A DNA stretch of 59,121 nucleotides, counting the filler, from Squatina squatina (lineage: Eukaryota), in NCBI GenBank assembly GCA_031763465.1. It is 4 parts of 4 records of this genome, joined end to end, with 100 filler letters (N's around TTAATTAATTAA, not from the genome) between each part and the next. Parts side by side here need not be neighbours in the genome. Positions count along the whole stretch, not along the records: positions 1 to 15,143 come from JARFOE010000001.1; positions 15,244 to 32,318 come from JARFOE010000016.1; 2 more parts are not named here. One strand, written 5' to 3'. Position 1 is the stretch's first letter, and each line of letters begins with the position of its first letter. The notes under the pieces are model-generated. The model ran no database searches, had not been told where the DNA came from, and was given only the letters and a program-made list of their open reading frames with translations. Positions 14,034-26,095 of the stretch are shown here, piece by piece. Position numbers and translations under genes: made by a program.

Positions 14034-14872
14034 TCATCCTGAGATTGTAGAGATCTCATAGTCACTTGCTGAGGTGATTGGTTTTCCCATCATTCTGACA
14101 TTCTTAGCATTTGTAATCCTGGCCATCACTACCCCAGCTTTCTCAAAGTACCTCACCAAAGCGGTCTCGGTTAGAAGGGAGGCCAAAAACTGCTCAAAGG
14201 TGATAGCCCAGTCTTTATCTATGCTACTACTTCTGGGAAGAGGGGTCTCATCGTTATTACGCACAAGCACAGTGTCCTCTGTGATGTCCTCACACTGCAA
14301 CTTATCATCGTCATTAGAGCCAGCACTCAGCACAGAGTATGAGGACATGGAGGTATCATCTTTAGTTTCATCATCTGAAATCAACATGGCTGAAGACACC
14401 CCATTGTCTTTAGGTGAGCTATCATCCAATTTAATATCCTGCAGCTCAGTGGAAGCCACCTTTTCATTATCCATCCCATCGAANNNNNNNNNNNNNNNNN
14501 NNNNNNNNNNNNNNNNNNNNNNNNNNNNNNNNNNNNNNNNNNNNNNNNNNNNNNNNNNNNNNNNNNNNNNNNNNNNNNNNNNNCTGGGACAGCCGAACAG
14601 GAGATGGGCAGTTTAATCGAATGCTTGGGAAGTGATAGAGGGACGAATGGAGAGTCAGCAAAATGGCTCCTAAGGATTTTCGGATGCACTCTGCTTTTAC
14701 TGTCATGACTGCTGCCTGGTTCCTGGAGTGTCTGACTGATGAACTGTTTTCCTACTTCACCAATCTCCAGAAGTAAACTGGTTACAGCTGCAGTAGAGTG
14801 GTACAATTCTTGCTCATTTGCATCTTCACTGAACATGTTGTACAGAGTTCGACATAGCTCAATGAATTGCTC
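14034..14872 (-). CDS. TBC1D9: TBC1 domain family member 9, terminal coding exon (interrupted by N gap 14484-14583)
   Basis: Acceptor CTTTACAG|GAG; EQFIELCRTLYNMFSED..ELYHSTAAVTSLLLEIGEVGK...DWAITFEQFLASLLTE...MMGKPITSASDYEISTISG* matches the recalled TBC1D9 C-terminus. Confidence 0.93.
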
Positions 14873-14970
14873 CTGTAAAGGATTAAGAATAAACATACAT
14901 TTACTATCAGTGATTTGGAAAATACTGACGTGTCAGTTACTGGTTTTGGCATAAAAGGACGGATACTTAC

Positions 14971-15077
14971 TTGATTGAGTTTAGGCAGGTCTTTGATAGT
15001 TTCCAATTTAGCCTCCCTTTCTTGGGCCCACATCCTGATGTAATGTCGATAATCACGTGGGTTTGGTCGCTTCTCAA
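14971..15077 (-). CDS. TBC1D9: TBC1D9 penultimate coding exon (107 nt)
   Basis: TTTTTGCTCTGTTACAG acceptor, GTAAGT donor; encodes EKRPNPRDYRHYIRMWAQEREAKLETIKDLPKLNQ; splices in frame over a 98-nt intron to the last exon. Confidence 0.92.
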
Positions 15078-15143
15078 CTGTAACAGAGCAAAAACCAAGT
15101 TAACAGAATGTATCGCTATAAAAATAATTTAAGAATTAGTTTT

Positions 15144-15243
15144 NNNNNNNNNNNNNNNNNNNNNNNNNNNNNNNNNNNNNNNNNNNNTTAATTAATTAAN
15201 NNNNNNNNNNNNNNNNNNNNNNNNNNNNNNNNNNNNNNNNNNN
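15144..15243. other. Artificial scaffold-joining linker (44N-TTAATTAATTAA-44N)
   Basis: Palindromic six-frame-stop 12-mer at 15188-15199 centred in exactly 100 bp; identical at three places in the window. Confidence 0.95.
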
Positions 15244-15455
15244 CATCTGACTTGGAACTATATCGCTGTTCCTTCATCGTCGTTGGGTCAAATTCCTGGA
15301 ACTCCCTCCCTAACAGCACTGTGGGAGTCCTTTCACTACGCGGACTGCAGGGGTTCAAGAAGGTGGTTCACCACCACCATCTCAAGGGCAATTAGGGATG
15401 GGTGATTAACACTGACCTTGCCAGTGATGCTCACATCCCAGGAATGAATAAAGAA
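15244..15455 (+). mobile_element. 3' end of CR1-group LINE (same family as 48180-48918)
   Basis: TCCTGGAACTCCCTCCCTAACAGCACTGTGGG...GGACTGCAG..GTTCAAGAAGG..CACCACCA..CTCAAGGGCAATTAGGGATGGG..CACATCCCA tail. Confidence 0.75.
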
Positions 15456-15709
15456 AGATTAAAATTGCTTTGCCTTTGATTATGCAAGTGATAACAGGCC
15501 TGAATATTTTCAGTGCAGGATCACTGTCGACACCTGGAAAGATGTGAAATTTCTCTGGAATTAGACAAAGAACTATGTCCACCTGTGTTCACGAAAGACC
15601 ATAGTTGAGCCCTGATTAGGAGTCTTAAATTCCTAAAAGATGGGTATCACTGAGCTGCTACCACTTGGGAACTTACTCCTATTATGTTTTATCCATTAAA
15701 AAAAAATTC

Positions 15710-16015
15710 ATTCTTAGAATAATGGCATTGTTGGCATTGATTGCACATCTCTGGTTGCCCTGAGAAGGTGGTGGTGGGTCCTCTTCTTGAACTGCTGCAT
15801 TCTTTGTACCAGTTTGATACAACTGAGTGGCTTGCTCAGCTACTTCAGAGGCTGGTTAAGAGTCAATCACATGGGTGTGGGACTGGAGTCACATGTAGGC
15901 CCGACCAGATAAGGACAACAGGTTTCCTTCCCTAAAGGACTTTAGTGAACCAGTTGTTTTTCTTTCGACAACCCAACAGCTTCATGGCCACTTTTACTGA
16001 TACTAGCTTTTGATT
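15710..16015 (-). mobile_element. SINE fragment, same family as 19125-19571
   Basis: Shared blocks AGAGTCAA..CTGGAGTCACATGTAGGCC..GACCAG..TAAAGGAC..GTGAACCAG..TTACTGATACTAG. Confidence 0.65.
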
Positions 16016-17744
16016 AAAGGCAGCCTTGTGCACATGGGAGTGAATTTGACTCAAATTCAAGATTGGGATCCAAGACCGTGTCTGGATATCCAGGTGTGAT
16101 GTTCAGATCCAGGATCTTTCACCAGTACTTTTGTTTTCCTTCAGGTTTCAGGTGCGATTGAAAATGAGCTGAAGCTGTACTTAAACTCAGCTGGCTGTAC
16201 CTTACAAATCTAAACACATCTATACAGGTTGACTTAAACAAAAATCTGAATAAGTATGCTTTGATTCAAGTTGAAGTTGGAACTTATTTTAGCTTTAATC
16301 CCTAGTGAAAGATCTTGGTTCTTTTTAATACGGGTGAGCACCTTCATTTCTGTTTATACAATAATGTACGCTTCAGAATTAACCTATTGTCATCAATGAA
16401 CTATGTTTTCTACCAAACTACTGCATAACAAGTAGACTTGAGGCCAATGGGTTAATGACACTTAGTTTAGAGAAAGTATTTTGGGAGGCCAGTGTTCTCT
16501 GAAGCCAAAATGCACCATACGGCTTACATATGAATGTGAAGTTGTAATTATATCACAGTCAGACAAACATTAGGCAAAGCTTAATTTTAAACAGTTTACA
16601 CAGAAAGTGAAAAGTATTTGTATTATATATTTTATTCTTTAAATGTTTCTGTCTGTTGCTATGTAACATTCCACAATAATACGATTGTAATGGAATAAAT
16701 CCTATTTATGGCTGTGAAAGATATGAAACAATTAAGGGGCTCACTTCAGCACAGGGGCAGTGAACTATAGTCTTTTAAAACTCCTCATATGATGACAATA
16801 AAATCCCAAATATAGCAAAGAGGTGGTTTACCATTGCCCGCTACTTGGTTAGTGGAATGTGTTCTACACTTCTGTGTATGCGCTAAAATAACNNNNNNNN
16901 NNNNNNNNNNNNNNNNNNNNNNNNNNNNNNNNNNNNNNNNNNNNNNNNNNNNNNNNNNNNNNNNNNNNNNNNNNNNNNNNNNNNNNNNNNNNAAATAACA
17001 GAGGCATACAGCACTTTGAACAGGTTTCTTAGAAACAGCTGTGATTTATTGAGGCCTCGAAATCTCATTTGCTCATTGCTAAAGCAATCCAGACCATGGT
17101 GTTCCTGCTGCCACTCTTCAAAGCTAGAAAGATGCTGAAGAATGCCCTTTATTATCTGTGGCCAAGTTTAGCAAAGTCTGTTTGAAATTACACACAGTTA
17201 GGGACTATAATATTAATTAGACTGTCAAGCAGTTCTAAATAATTCATAGATCCTTCACTGCAAACTGTATCTGTCACGATGCTGTCTGTTGTTGCCTGTT
17301 TGACCAGAACGCCTTTTAGAACAGAAATGACAAAATTCGGCATACTTTACTGTTTTTTTTCTCATTGATTTTCCTCTTTTATATAAAAAAGTGCATTGCC
17401 TTTGTGATTCAGGGCTGACTCGATTTAATTTTCTTCTGAGATGAAACCTCAGACAGGGAATGCTTCCAAATATACTTTTGAAGAAGCATGGCTATCGGAC
17501 AAATTTCAATACAAAGATGTTATGAAAATGTTGGTCACCTTAATTTTCCCTGTGTGTCAATAAAGTTTGACAGATAATTAGCGAATTGTGCTTGAAAAGA
17601 GGAAAGGCTTTTCACACAGTCTTTCCTGGGCACATAAGGGCCACNNNNNNNNNNNNNNNNNNNNNNNNNNNNNNNNNNNNNNNNNNNNNNNNNNNNNNNN
17701 NNNNNNNNNNNNNNNNNNNNNNNNNNNNNNNNNNNNNNNNNNNN

Positions 17745-18322
17745 GGCCCAGTTTACCTGTGCAAGTGGGCGTAAAAGATCCCGTGGCAGGTATTTCTCCT
17801 GGTATCCTGGCCAACATTTATTCCTCAACCAATAATTAAGTGAGGAAAGAAAGAAAGAAAAGACTTGTATCTCTATAGCGCCTTTCATGACCACTGGATG
17901 TCTCAAAGCTCTTTACAGCCAATTAAGTGCTTTAGGAGTGTAGTCACTGTTGTAGCCAATTTACACACAGCAAGCTACCACAAACAGCAATGTGCTAATG
18001 ACCAGATAATCTGTTTTTTGTCATATTGATTGAGGGTAAAATATTGGCTAGGACACCGGGGATAACTCCAGTGCTCTTCTTCAAAATAATGCCATGGGAT
18101 CTACTGCATCCACCTCAGTTTAACATCCCATCCAAAATACCATCACACCAGACATTTATCTCCGTGTTGTTTGTGGGGCCTTGCTGTGAGCAGATTGGCA
18201 GGCGTGTTTGCCGACAAAACAATACTGTCTACACGTCAAAAGTAATTCATTGGCTGAGAAGTGCTCTGCGACATCCTGAAGACGTGAACATTGCTGTGAA
18301 AATACAAGTGTGCTCTTCCTTT
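17745..18322. mobile_element. Cluster of Deu-domain SINE fragments in both orientations
   Basis: 17850-18135 closely matches 25644-25960 (minus-strand SINE); flanking pieces match the plus-strand body and tail. Confidence 0.75.
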
Positions 18323-18687
18323 TAATCGTAACAAATTTCTGAGGTTTTCTTTCAATACAGTGTGGGGCGGGGGGGTAATTGTCAATTTCACCGCCTGGCT
18401 GTTAATGTGGTGGAGTGGATCGCTCGCCTTTTGTTGAACTTGTCTGTCATCCCACTGATTTCAATAGGATGAAAATCGGACAGTTGAAAATTTCCCCCAG
18501 TGATGTGTCTTCTATTGTCTATCAGCTTATTATTGGGCTGATTTTGACTGACAATACAATCATTTACTGTCCAACACTGCCAATGATAAGCGAGGTATTC
18601 AAGAGAGTTTAAAATAGTAAGTGGTTTGGGGATGGGCTACGGGCATAATGCATTCCTTCTCCAATATGATTCATGCAGTGGTGAATC

Positions 18688-18830
18688 ATCATAGAATCAT
18701 AGAATAGTACAGCATAAAAGGAGGCCATTCAGTCCATCGAGTCTGCACTGGCTCTTTCGAAGTGCAATCCAGTTAGTCCCACTTCCCTGCTCTTTCCCCA
18801 CATTCCTGCAATTTTTTTTTTTCTCCAGTT
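18688..18830 (-). mobile_element. CR1 LINE 3' tail
   Basis: CATAGAATCATAGAA terminal microsatellite followed by GGAGGCCATTCAGTCCATCGAG, typical of a CR1 3' end on the minus strand. Confidence 0.7.
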
Positions 18831-19124
18831 GCTCTAAAGTTCATTGAAGTAGAAGTGCTTGTGTCACTATTTAAACTGGGGTGTGTGTGCACGCATAATA
18901 TACTGAGATAGCATGTGTGTGAGACTATTGAAAGTATAGCAGCACATTCCATGTGACTAGCAGAACTCTGAAACCCACAGGGATCCAAGCTGTGTTGAGT
19001 CATACTGAGAGTGCATCAGAAGTACTTGCATTTCGACATTATCCATCATAAAACTAATAAGCTGAAGGGTAGTTCTTGATTGGGGTCCTTTTTAAGTAGT
19101 AAAGGATTGAATATTGCTGTTTTT

Positions 19125-19571
19125 TTATTCGTTTGAGATGTGGGTGTCACTGACATGGCCAGCATTTATTGCCCGTCCCTTATTGCCCCGTGGAGGTGGT
19201 GGTGAGTCGCCTTCTTGAACCGCTGCAGTCTGTATTCTTAGTGTACTTCTTTGTAGCGGACCTGCTGGACCTTTTCTGAGGGCTGTTGAGAGTCACCCAT
19301 ATTACTATGGGTCTGGAGTCATATATAGGCCAGACCAGGAAAGGGCGGCAGATTTATTTCCGAAGGACTTTGGCGAACCAGATGGGTTTTTACAACAATC
19401 TGTTAGTTTCATGATCACCATTACTGATACTGTCTTTTTATTCCAGACTTATTTAATTAACTGAATTTAACTTCCCCAGCTGCCATGGTGAGATTTGACC
19501 TCGTGTCTCTGGATCATTAGTTCAGGCCTCTAGATTACCAGTCCAGTAGCATTAACATTAACCACTTTGCT
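19125..19571 (-). mobile_element. tRNA-headed SINE with LINE-derived 3' tail, near full length
   Basis: Minus-strand head AGCAAAGTGGTTAATG...GAGGTCAAATCTCACC (A/B-box-like); 3' tail homologous to the LINE end at 48180-48290. Confidence 0.7.
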
Positions 19572-19914
19572 TCTGGTGGGAAAGAAGTGTTCCAATTGGA
19601 CGCATAAAGCATTTTGGTCAAGCGTTGCGATGAGGTACAGTTGCGTGGACTCTGTGATATTAGTTTGATCAATCCAACATGGTGCAAGTTTTAAATTTTC
19701 CAAACCCAGTTATTCACTTGCATCATTTCCACGCAAATTCCTCTAGCACTGTGCTAGGTAGCACGAAAAATAGAATAACCTTTGAGAGTGGTATTCTTGT
19801 TTAGCATATTTTTCTTTAAGGAATTTGCACAGCTCTAACTTGGAAGGTAGCTGTCAGGAGGTGGGTGAGAGCAGTGAATTCATTGTGCTCCTTTCTAAAA
19901 TGTTCTTGTTTTTT

Positions 19915-20335
19915 TTAAAAATACTTCTGTGACGAGGTAGCTATCCTCAGCTGGATGTTTCTACCGTTGATGCAATCAGGAAGTACAAGTGACAATCTGG
20001 GTTCCAACAGTCCACAATACAGCAAGTTGATGCATCTCAGTAGTGTGCCACTATCTCTCAGTATTAATATCTTGAACGCACATGACGCTGTTGCAGGGCA
20101 CACACTTAGAGATAAAGGTGTTAAATATTGAATCGTCAATGAAAATTAATAAAATAATCAGGACATGTTGAACAAACAATTTCTGATTTAAAACATTGCA
20201 ATCATTACTGGATTTTCTGCCAACAACATAATCAAAAAAAGGCCACCATTTCAAAGCTTTAATCCCAAAGTTTTTTTTAATCTCATGTAAAATATTTTCT
20301 GGTTTGACATCCTTACTGTCCATTTTGTGTTTCAA
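19915..20335 (-). mobile_element. Possible highly decayed hAT transposase C-terminal (dimerisation) remnant
   Basis: Two overlapping frames give ALKWWPFFDYVV..QKLFVQH and IQYL..LSLSVCPATASCAF...LLYCGLLEPRLSLVLPDCIN, reminiscent of hATC (P.TTASCERGFS...GP.L..F.P); weak, judged by eye. Confidence 0.3.
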
Positions 20336-23300
20336 TTCAATTTACTGGGATGGACGGACTGCAGATCTGAAAATAACTCACACGTTTAGAAGTCTGAATT
20401 TAAGCTGATGGGCCAGTGATGCTGAATCAGGCAAAGCCCTCTATATCTGGAAGCTATTGAAATGAGACGCTGTCTGCTGACTTCTTTTGAAGGGGTTGGA
20501 ATTGAGTGATGGGACTTATTTGTTCCATTGATTACTGGCATACTGTCCACTCTTTGTGCCTGCCAAATGTGGTGTGTGATTTCCTTACAGCTCACCTGTT
20601 GGGTTATATAGCAAAACAATCTGCAGCAACACTGCTGTCAGAAGACCTTTGACCCTGTTGCTCCTTGATGAATTAGATTCCAACAGCTCTTGAAGTTTTC
20701 TTTTTATGGGATTCGTGAAACTTTTAAATCTTTTTAGTCTGAAGGAGGATTCCCCCCACCTCCACCCCCACCCCCCTCTCTTTACCACCCCCACCCCTCC
20801 AGTCCATTGAAATAGTTCACAGGCGGACATTTAAAAACGCTGCGTCAGTAAATTCCAGAANNNNNNNNNNNNNNNNNNNNNNNNNNNNNNNNNNNNNNNN
20901 NNNNNNNNNNNNNNNNNNNNNNNNNNNNNNNNNNNNNNNNNNNNNNNNNNNNNNNNNNNNAATTAGCGCTGAAGTTACCACGTTTTTTTAGACACTTTAA
21001 TAAATGTTTTCAAAGTGTTGAAAAGGCTGACTTTAGCCTAAAGTTCTAAGGCCAAAAGTTAACGCCCAACTATTCATCCGTTAGCACCCGAAACTTAGGG
21101 TAATCGAATTGGGCGCCTTATGGGTTTTAGGTCTGCCAGAGATCAATGCTGCACTTGGTCAGGATTATGCATACAAGCGGGCTCTACTTAGCCATTTCTC
21201 TGTGGCTGGTGAGTCAGAAGCCAATATAAATTAAAGATTCAGCGTTGAAGAATCCCTTTAGCAAGCAATTGCTGCCAGCACAGGTTCTCAATGCTGGTAT
21301 CGCCAATAGAGTTCCTTGTATTTCGAAGCAGCTTCAGTTTTACATTTCTAAGCATCTGAGAGCTCCTGGCCTCACAGTTTACTCTGAGTCAATCTGCCAT
21401 CAGTCTGCTTTGATGCCGTGAACACTTGGGCTTAAAACTTGGTCTCCTGAAGTGGATTCTCATTCAGTGAACAGTTACCGATACTAATCAAACTGACATC
21501 ATTTAGTGTCAGGAGAGCACTGGGAGCACACTTCACACTTAATACATTTTGATGGGATGTTTTCACAAATGAATTTTCTCCACAATAATATTTATAAAGT
21601 GACAGGTCCCTCTCTGCAAATATGGCAAGATTAGAAATGAATTGTGTTGTACTGGGCACTATTACTATCCTATTCTATTAAAATAACTTGGGGGAATTTT
21701 TCGCAGTCGATAGTGGTGGGAGCAAATTCCGTTCCTCATATGGTGACTTGGGATAGAAATATAAAATGTATACTTCACCATATAGATTTTATTGTAGTTA
21801 CATAATGTGATTATTTTAATAACTATGTTAGCTTTGTCTGAAATAGTAAAATTAACAGCATTACCAACATACAAATACAAAAAATAACAATGGATGCTTG
21901 TCTGTGTGAATGCTTCATTTTAACTTAACAAACATATTTACATTTATAGGGGAGTATATTATTTTAGGAAAAAATAGTCAAGGTTGTTTTACAGCTATCA
22001 GATGTAAAAGAAAATCAGACAGCAAAAAAACAGGGAGTTGATATGATAAAATAGGGTGGGTGCCCAATTGGCATTTTTATAGCTGGTGACTATATGGGGC
22101 CAATCTGTGTAATTTTAGCGCCCTAATAGAGCTGCCCCTTTAAGTCATGGAAATGGCATCTTAGAAAATTACTTGGCATCACAAAACAAAACCTATGTTC
22201 AAAACCGGTGCGAATGGAACTATTGACTCTTAGGTTTTTTCAGCTGTCCAATTGTTGGTCCGATGTAAGGAGCTGCTATCAGGTCTCAGCCCACCTCAGC
22301 CCTTAAAGGGGATCGTTCTGCTGANNNNNNNNNNNNNNNNNNNNNNNNNNNNNNNNNNNNNNNNNNNNNNNNNNNNNNNNNNNNNNNNNNNNNNNNNNNN
22401 NNNNNNNNNNNNNNNNNNNNNNNNCAGGCAAGGAGCAGGCAGAGTGTGCGACCTACAGGTGTAAGTGGCTAATCAGCTGGTAGAAGAAGAAAACTGCAGC
22501 TAAATGGAGCATTGGCACTGCAGATGAATCTATTGTCACTTGAAATCTTGTGTAGCAGAGAAAATAGCATAAATGAGCATCTGAAGTTGGAAATGACTTT
22601 GACAGCTCCAGCAACTGATTGCGTTAATTTGATACTATAGTACAGTTTCTTGTGTTACATTAATAAATAAGGTTTCTCTTTCTTCAATTACGCAGAACAG
22701 GACAGGTCAGAGTGTGATGACTGCACAGATTTCCTTGCAGATAAACCTTTATTTTTTCCTCCTGGACTAAACAGGATGATAGAAGATTTGTTTTCAATTA
22801 TTCATTTGCTTTCAGTTCCTGAAGGTCAGGAGCCAAGTGGTAGTGCCAGTTGACGAAGGGAACGATATCACTCCGATAAAATATTCATTTTCTTCGTGTA
22901 ATAAAATTAGTTTCTGAATTGTGGTAGATAAACAAATTCGAACCTGGTTTCTCTGGGAAAAATTGAACACATTTACTTTGGTTCCATGCATGCGCTTTTG
23001 TATTTTAACTACTAAAATTAAAAGAACATTAATTTAAATTATTTTAATGCAAATGGAGNNNNNNNNNNNNNNNNNNNNNNNNNNNNNNNNNNNNNNNNNN
23101 NNNNGCCATCATTACAATTGAACTCTTGCTTACTTAATCAACGATTGCTTTAGTGTGGAAAATGAGTTTGTTCAAACATTTCATCTCCAATTAAAATCAA
23201 GGGATTATTCCAAAGAAATGCATATGTAAAGTATAAATTAAATAAAAATGCTTGAGCAAAGTCTTTAGTTCCGTGTGTTATTTATTGCATGACCATGTAG

Positions 23301-25643
23301 TATTTGATACTTCCTGTCCCCTATGTTAAACAAAACCTGATCCCAGGTCCTTTTTTTAGTTTGTCCTGTTTCCCTCCCTGCCTGCCCGCCTGCTGATTGA
23401 TGCCTTTCTAAACATGCTGGTGTAAATGAGCAGTCCTGGCTGAGTCAGGTGCTGTAAACAACGTTTGGGAATTTTGTCTCACAAAAGAAACCAAGGGTAT
23501 TTTCTTTTACAGTGCTTGGCGATGGAATGTGTCTGCCATCTGACCAAGAAACAATGTTCATTTGCTTCCCATCAAGGAATGTAGTTAACTGATCTTAAAT
23601 AAATGGCTTCTTTCATTTTAAGGAAACCATTATATTTTATTTGTACATTTCTTTTCGGTATGTCATGTTAAATGTGCCCACACTCCCCTAATTTATGATT
23701 GTTTATTGATATACATGTCTTCCTTTTTATGTGGGTGACATTCTCTGTGTCCCCACTTAGCAATAGTTTATAATTTGTAGACACAAAGTGAAACCATTTT
23801 CCCACACTGTCTGGCTCATACTCTCTATTTGATGAGGGTATAGTTTCCCGTTTTTGTATCATTTGACAAGTAAATTGAATGAAAAGTTGAGCATGAATCC
23901 AACTATGTTTGTTTATTATGTAATGTTTTTTGCATTCAGTCCACACTTTGTGCTTAACATTTCACCATATGTCCTTTCCACTTTCTTATTACTTTCTCCT
24001 CTCCATCCCACAGCACAGTTCTGGCTCCTACCTGAAGCTGCAGCTGCTGCTCTGGGGTGGGCTCGGGAATGGAATTCTTCCGTGGGTGGGAATTCTTGTA
24101 TTAGTTTTGTGAGATCAAGAATTCCCACCCTGAGCAGCAGAAGCATCAGGCAAGTGCTGGGCCTGGCAGTGATTTCAGAGAAGATGAGTTCGCGGTTGCA
24201 ACTTGCAGGAATCACTAAGCATGCACAAGAAAATTGCTCCGAGAAATCGGACTATGGATGGGGGAAGGCAAAATCATCAAGTTAGCCTATTATCATTCTT
24301 ATCCATCTAATAATTGTGAAGGAGGAGGGGAAAAAGGTGTAAGAGTGACATGGAGGGAAAGCGAGTGGAAGCATGAATTGAGGTAGGAGTGGATACTGGT
24401 GTGAATGGAGGGATGCAGGAGGATACTGCCATCAGGAATTGGGAGGAGAGGGTAAGGTTTCCAACATGAACTGAGGGGGGCAGCAGGAGAAGAGTGCTAG
24501 TGTGATCTGGGAGGAGGAGGAGAGTGTTGATGTGAACTGAAGAGAGGGAAGAATAGTGCCTTCATGTAACTGTGACAACTGTCCAAATAACTAACCACTC
24601 AGATTTCGCAACGAAGGTCTGAAATACCTATGGACATTTCTCTACCAGAAGTGAGGGAAAACCCCCCACAATTTACAACAATTGTTTGCTATTCAAGTGA
24701 TGGAATGTTGTGCCTACTCACAGCTTAGTTGTGAAAAGCCTGTTCTCCACTTTGAGTTTTCAGTTTAACTACGTCAACTGTTTTCAAATTGTCACATTTT
24801 TGAAGCTGTGCGAAAGTCTTTGGAATCTGTTGGTCAGCTTTTGCTCGTTTCTAGATTGGCATGTACCTCATTCTTTGTTTCTTTCTTTGTTTTGGCACAC
24901 ACTCTGGAAATAAAAAGAATTGTGTTTCATTTTTAAAGTACAATTTAAAAGGTTTAAATTTGTAGAGCTCCACGAGTAATTATGGAGGTGACTTTAACCC
25001 CCGTTGGAATCCTGGTGGGNNNNNNNNNNNNNNNNNNNNNNNNNNNNNNNNNNNNNNNNNNNNNNNNNNNNNNNNNNNNNNNNNNNNNNNNNNNNNNNNN
25101 NNNNNNNNNNNNNNNNNNNTCTGTGGCCCATGTGGATGGGATTCAATGGCTATGGCAGTAACTTTCAGCTGAGGAACAAGTTAAACACTGATTTGAATAA
25201 TCTTATGCAATGTTTTTCAGCTGTGCTTTTTGGAATGCTGCATTTATGTGGCAATTTCAATAATAGCAGCTTTTTCCAAATGTTCGTAGTTATTTTAACG
25301 TCAAAGTATGTGTTGGGAAATGTAGCCTTTACACATGAAATTCAATTAGTTAATGACCTTATTATGTAATGGCTATTTTCACAGGACCTTATGAATGCTA
25401 TCTGATTAAAAATATAATCTCATGAGGGCTTCTCCCAGGTGGCTATGTGTGGTTTCCATTACATTCTCTCATGGGGATCATTGCCTTACTTCATATGAGT
25501 TTTCCATTCTACCTCCTGGAATTTTCCACTCTGCCCCTGCAACTTCTCACAGCTTATGATGTTTTATGAATGTTGGAGATGTGACTTATCCAGTTGTGTG
25601 AATAATGTTTTGCCTCTTGGCTCTCGGGCAAACCTTTACACAT

Positions 25644-26095
25644 AGAAAGAAAGACTTGTATTTATATGGCACCTTTCACGACCACCGGACCTCTCAAAGC
25701 TCTTTACAGTCAATGAAGTACTTTTGGAGTGTAGTCACTGTTATAATGTGGGAAGCGCGGCAGCCAATTTGTACACAGCAAGCTCCAACAAACAGCAATG
25801 CGATAATCACCAGATAATCTGTTTCGTTAAGTTGATTGAGGCATAAATATTGGCCAGGACACTGGGGATAACTCCCCTGCTCTTCTTCGAAAATAGTGCC
25901 ATGGAATCTTTTGCGTCCATCTGAGAGGGCAGACAGGATCTCGGTTTAACATCTTATCCGAAAGATGGCACCTCCGACAGTGCAGCACTCCCTCAGTACC
26001 GCACTGGGAGCGTCAGCTTGGGTTATAAGTGCCTGGAGTGGGGCTTGAACCCACAACCTTCTAATGTGGAGGTGAGAGTGCTACCCACTGAGTCA
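25644..26095 (-). mobile_element. Near full-length Deu-domain SINE (SacSINE1-like; related to AmnSINE1)
   Basis: Minus strand: A box TGACTCAGTGG, B box GGTTCAAGCC, central GTACTGAGGGAGTGCTGCACTGTCGGAGGTGCC...GTCCTGGCCAATATTTAT, tail ending in (TCTT)n. Confidence 0.82.

Noticed and set aside
14074-14616. Antisense ORFs over real exons (also 51727-52278, 53765-54400, 40816-41070)
   Set aside because: These are shadow ORFs of coding sequence on the opposite strand.
15188-15199. TTAATTAATTAA as a homeodomain site or piggyBac target
   Set aside because: Exactly centred in N runs three times; synthetic.
20285-20315. Kinase-like DVKPENIL motif on the minus strand
   Set aside because: It lacks the preceding HR and any other kinase subdomain or clear splice sites; probably chance.
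26030-26095. tRNA gene (A and B boxes on the minus strand)
   Set aside because: It is the head of a SINE and continues into the Deu domain; no full cloverleaf.
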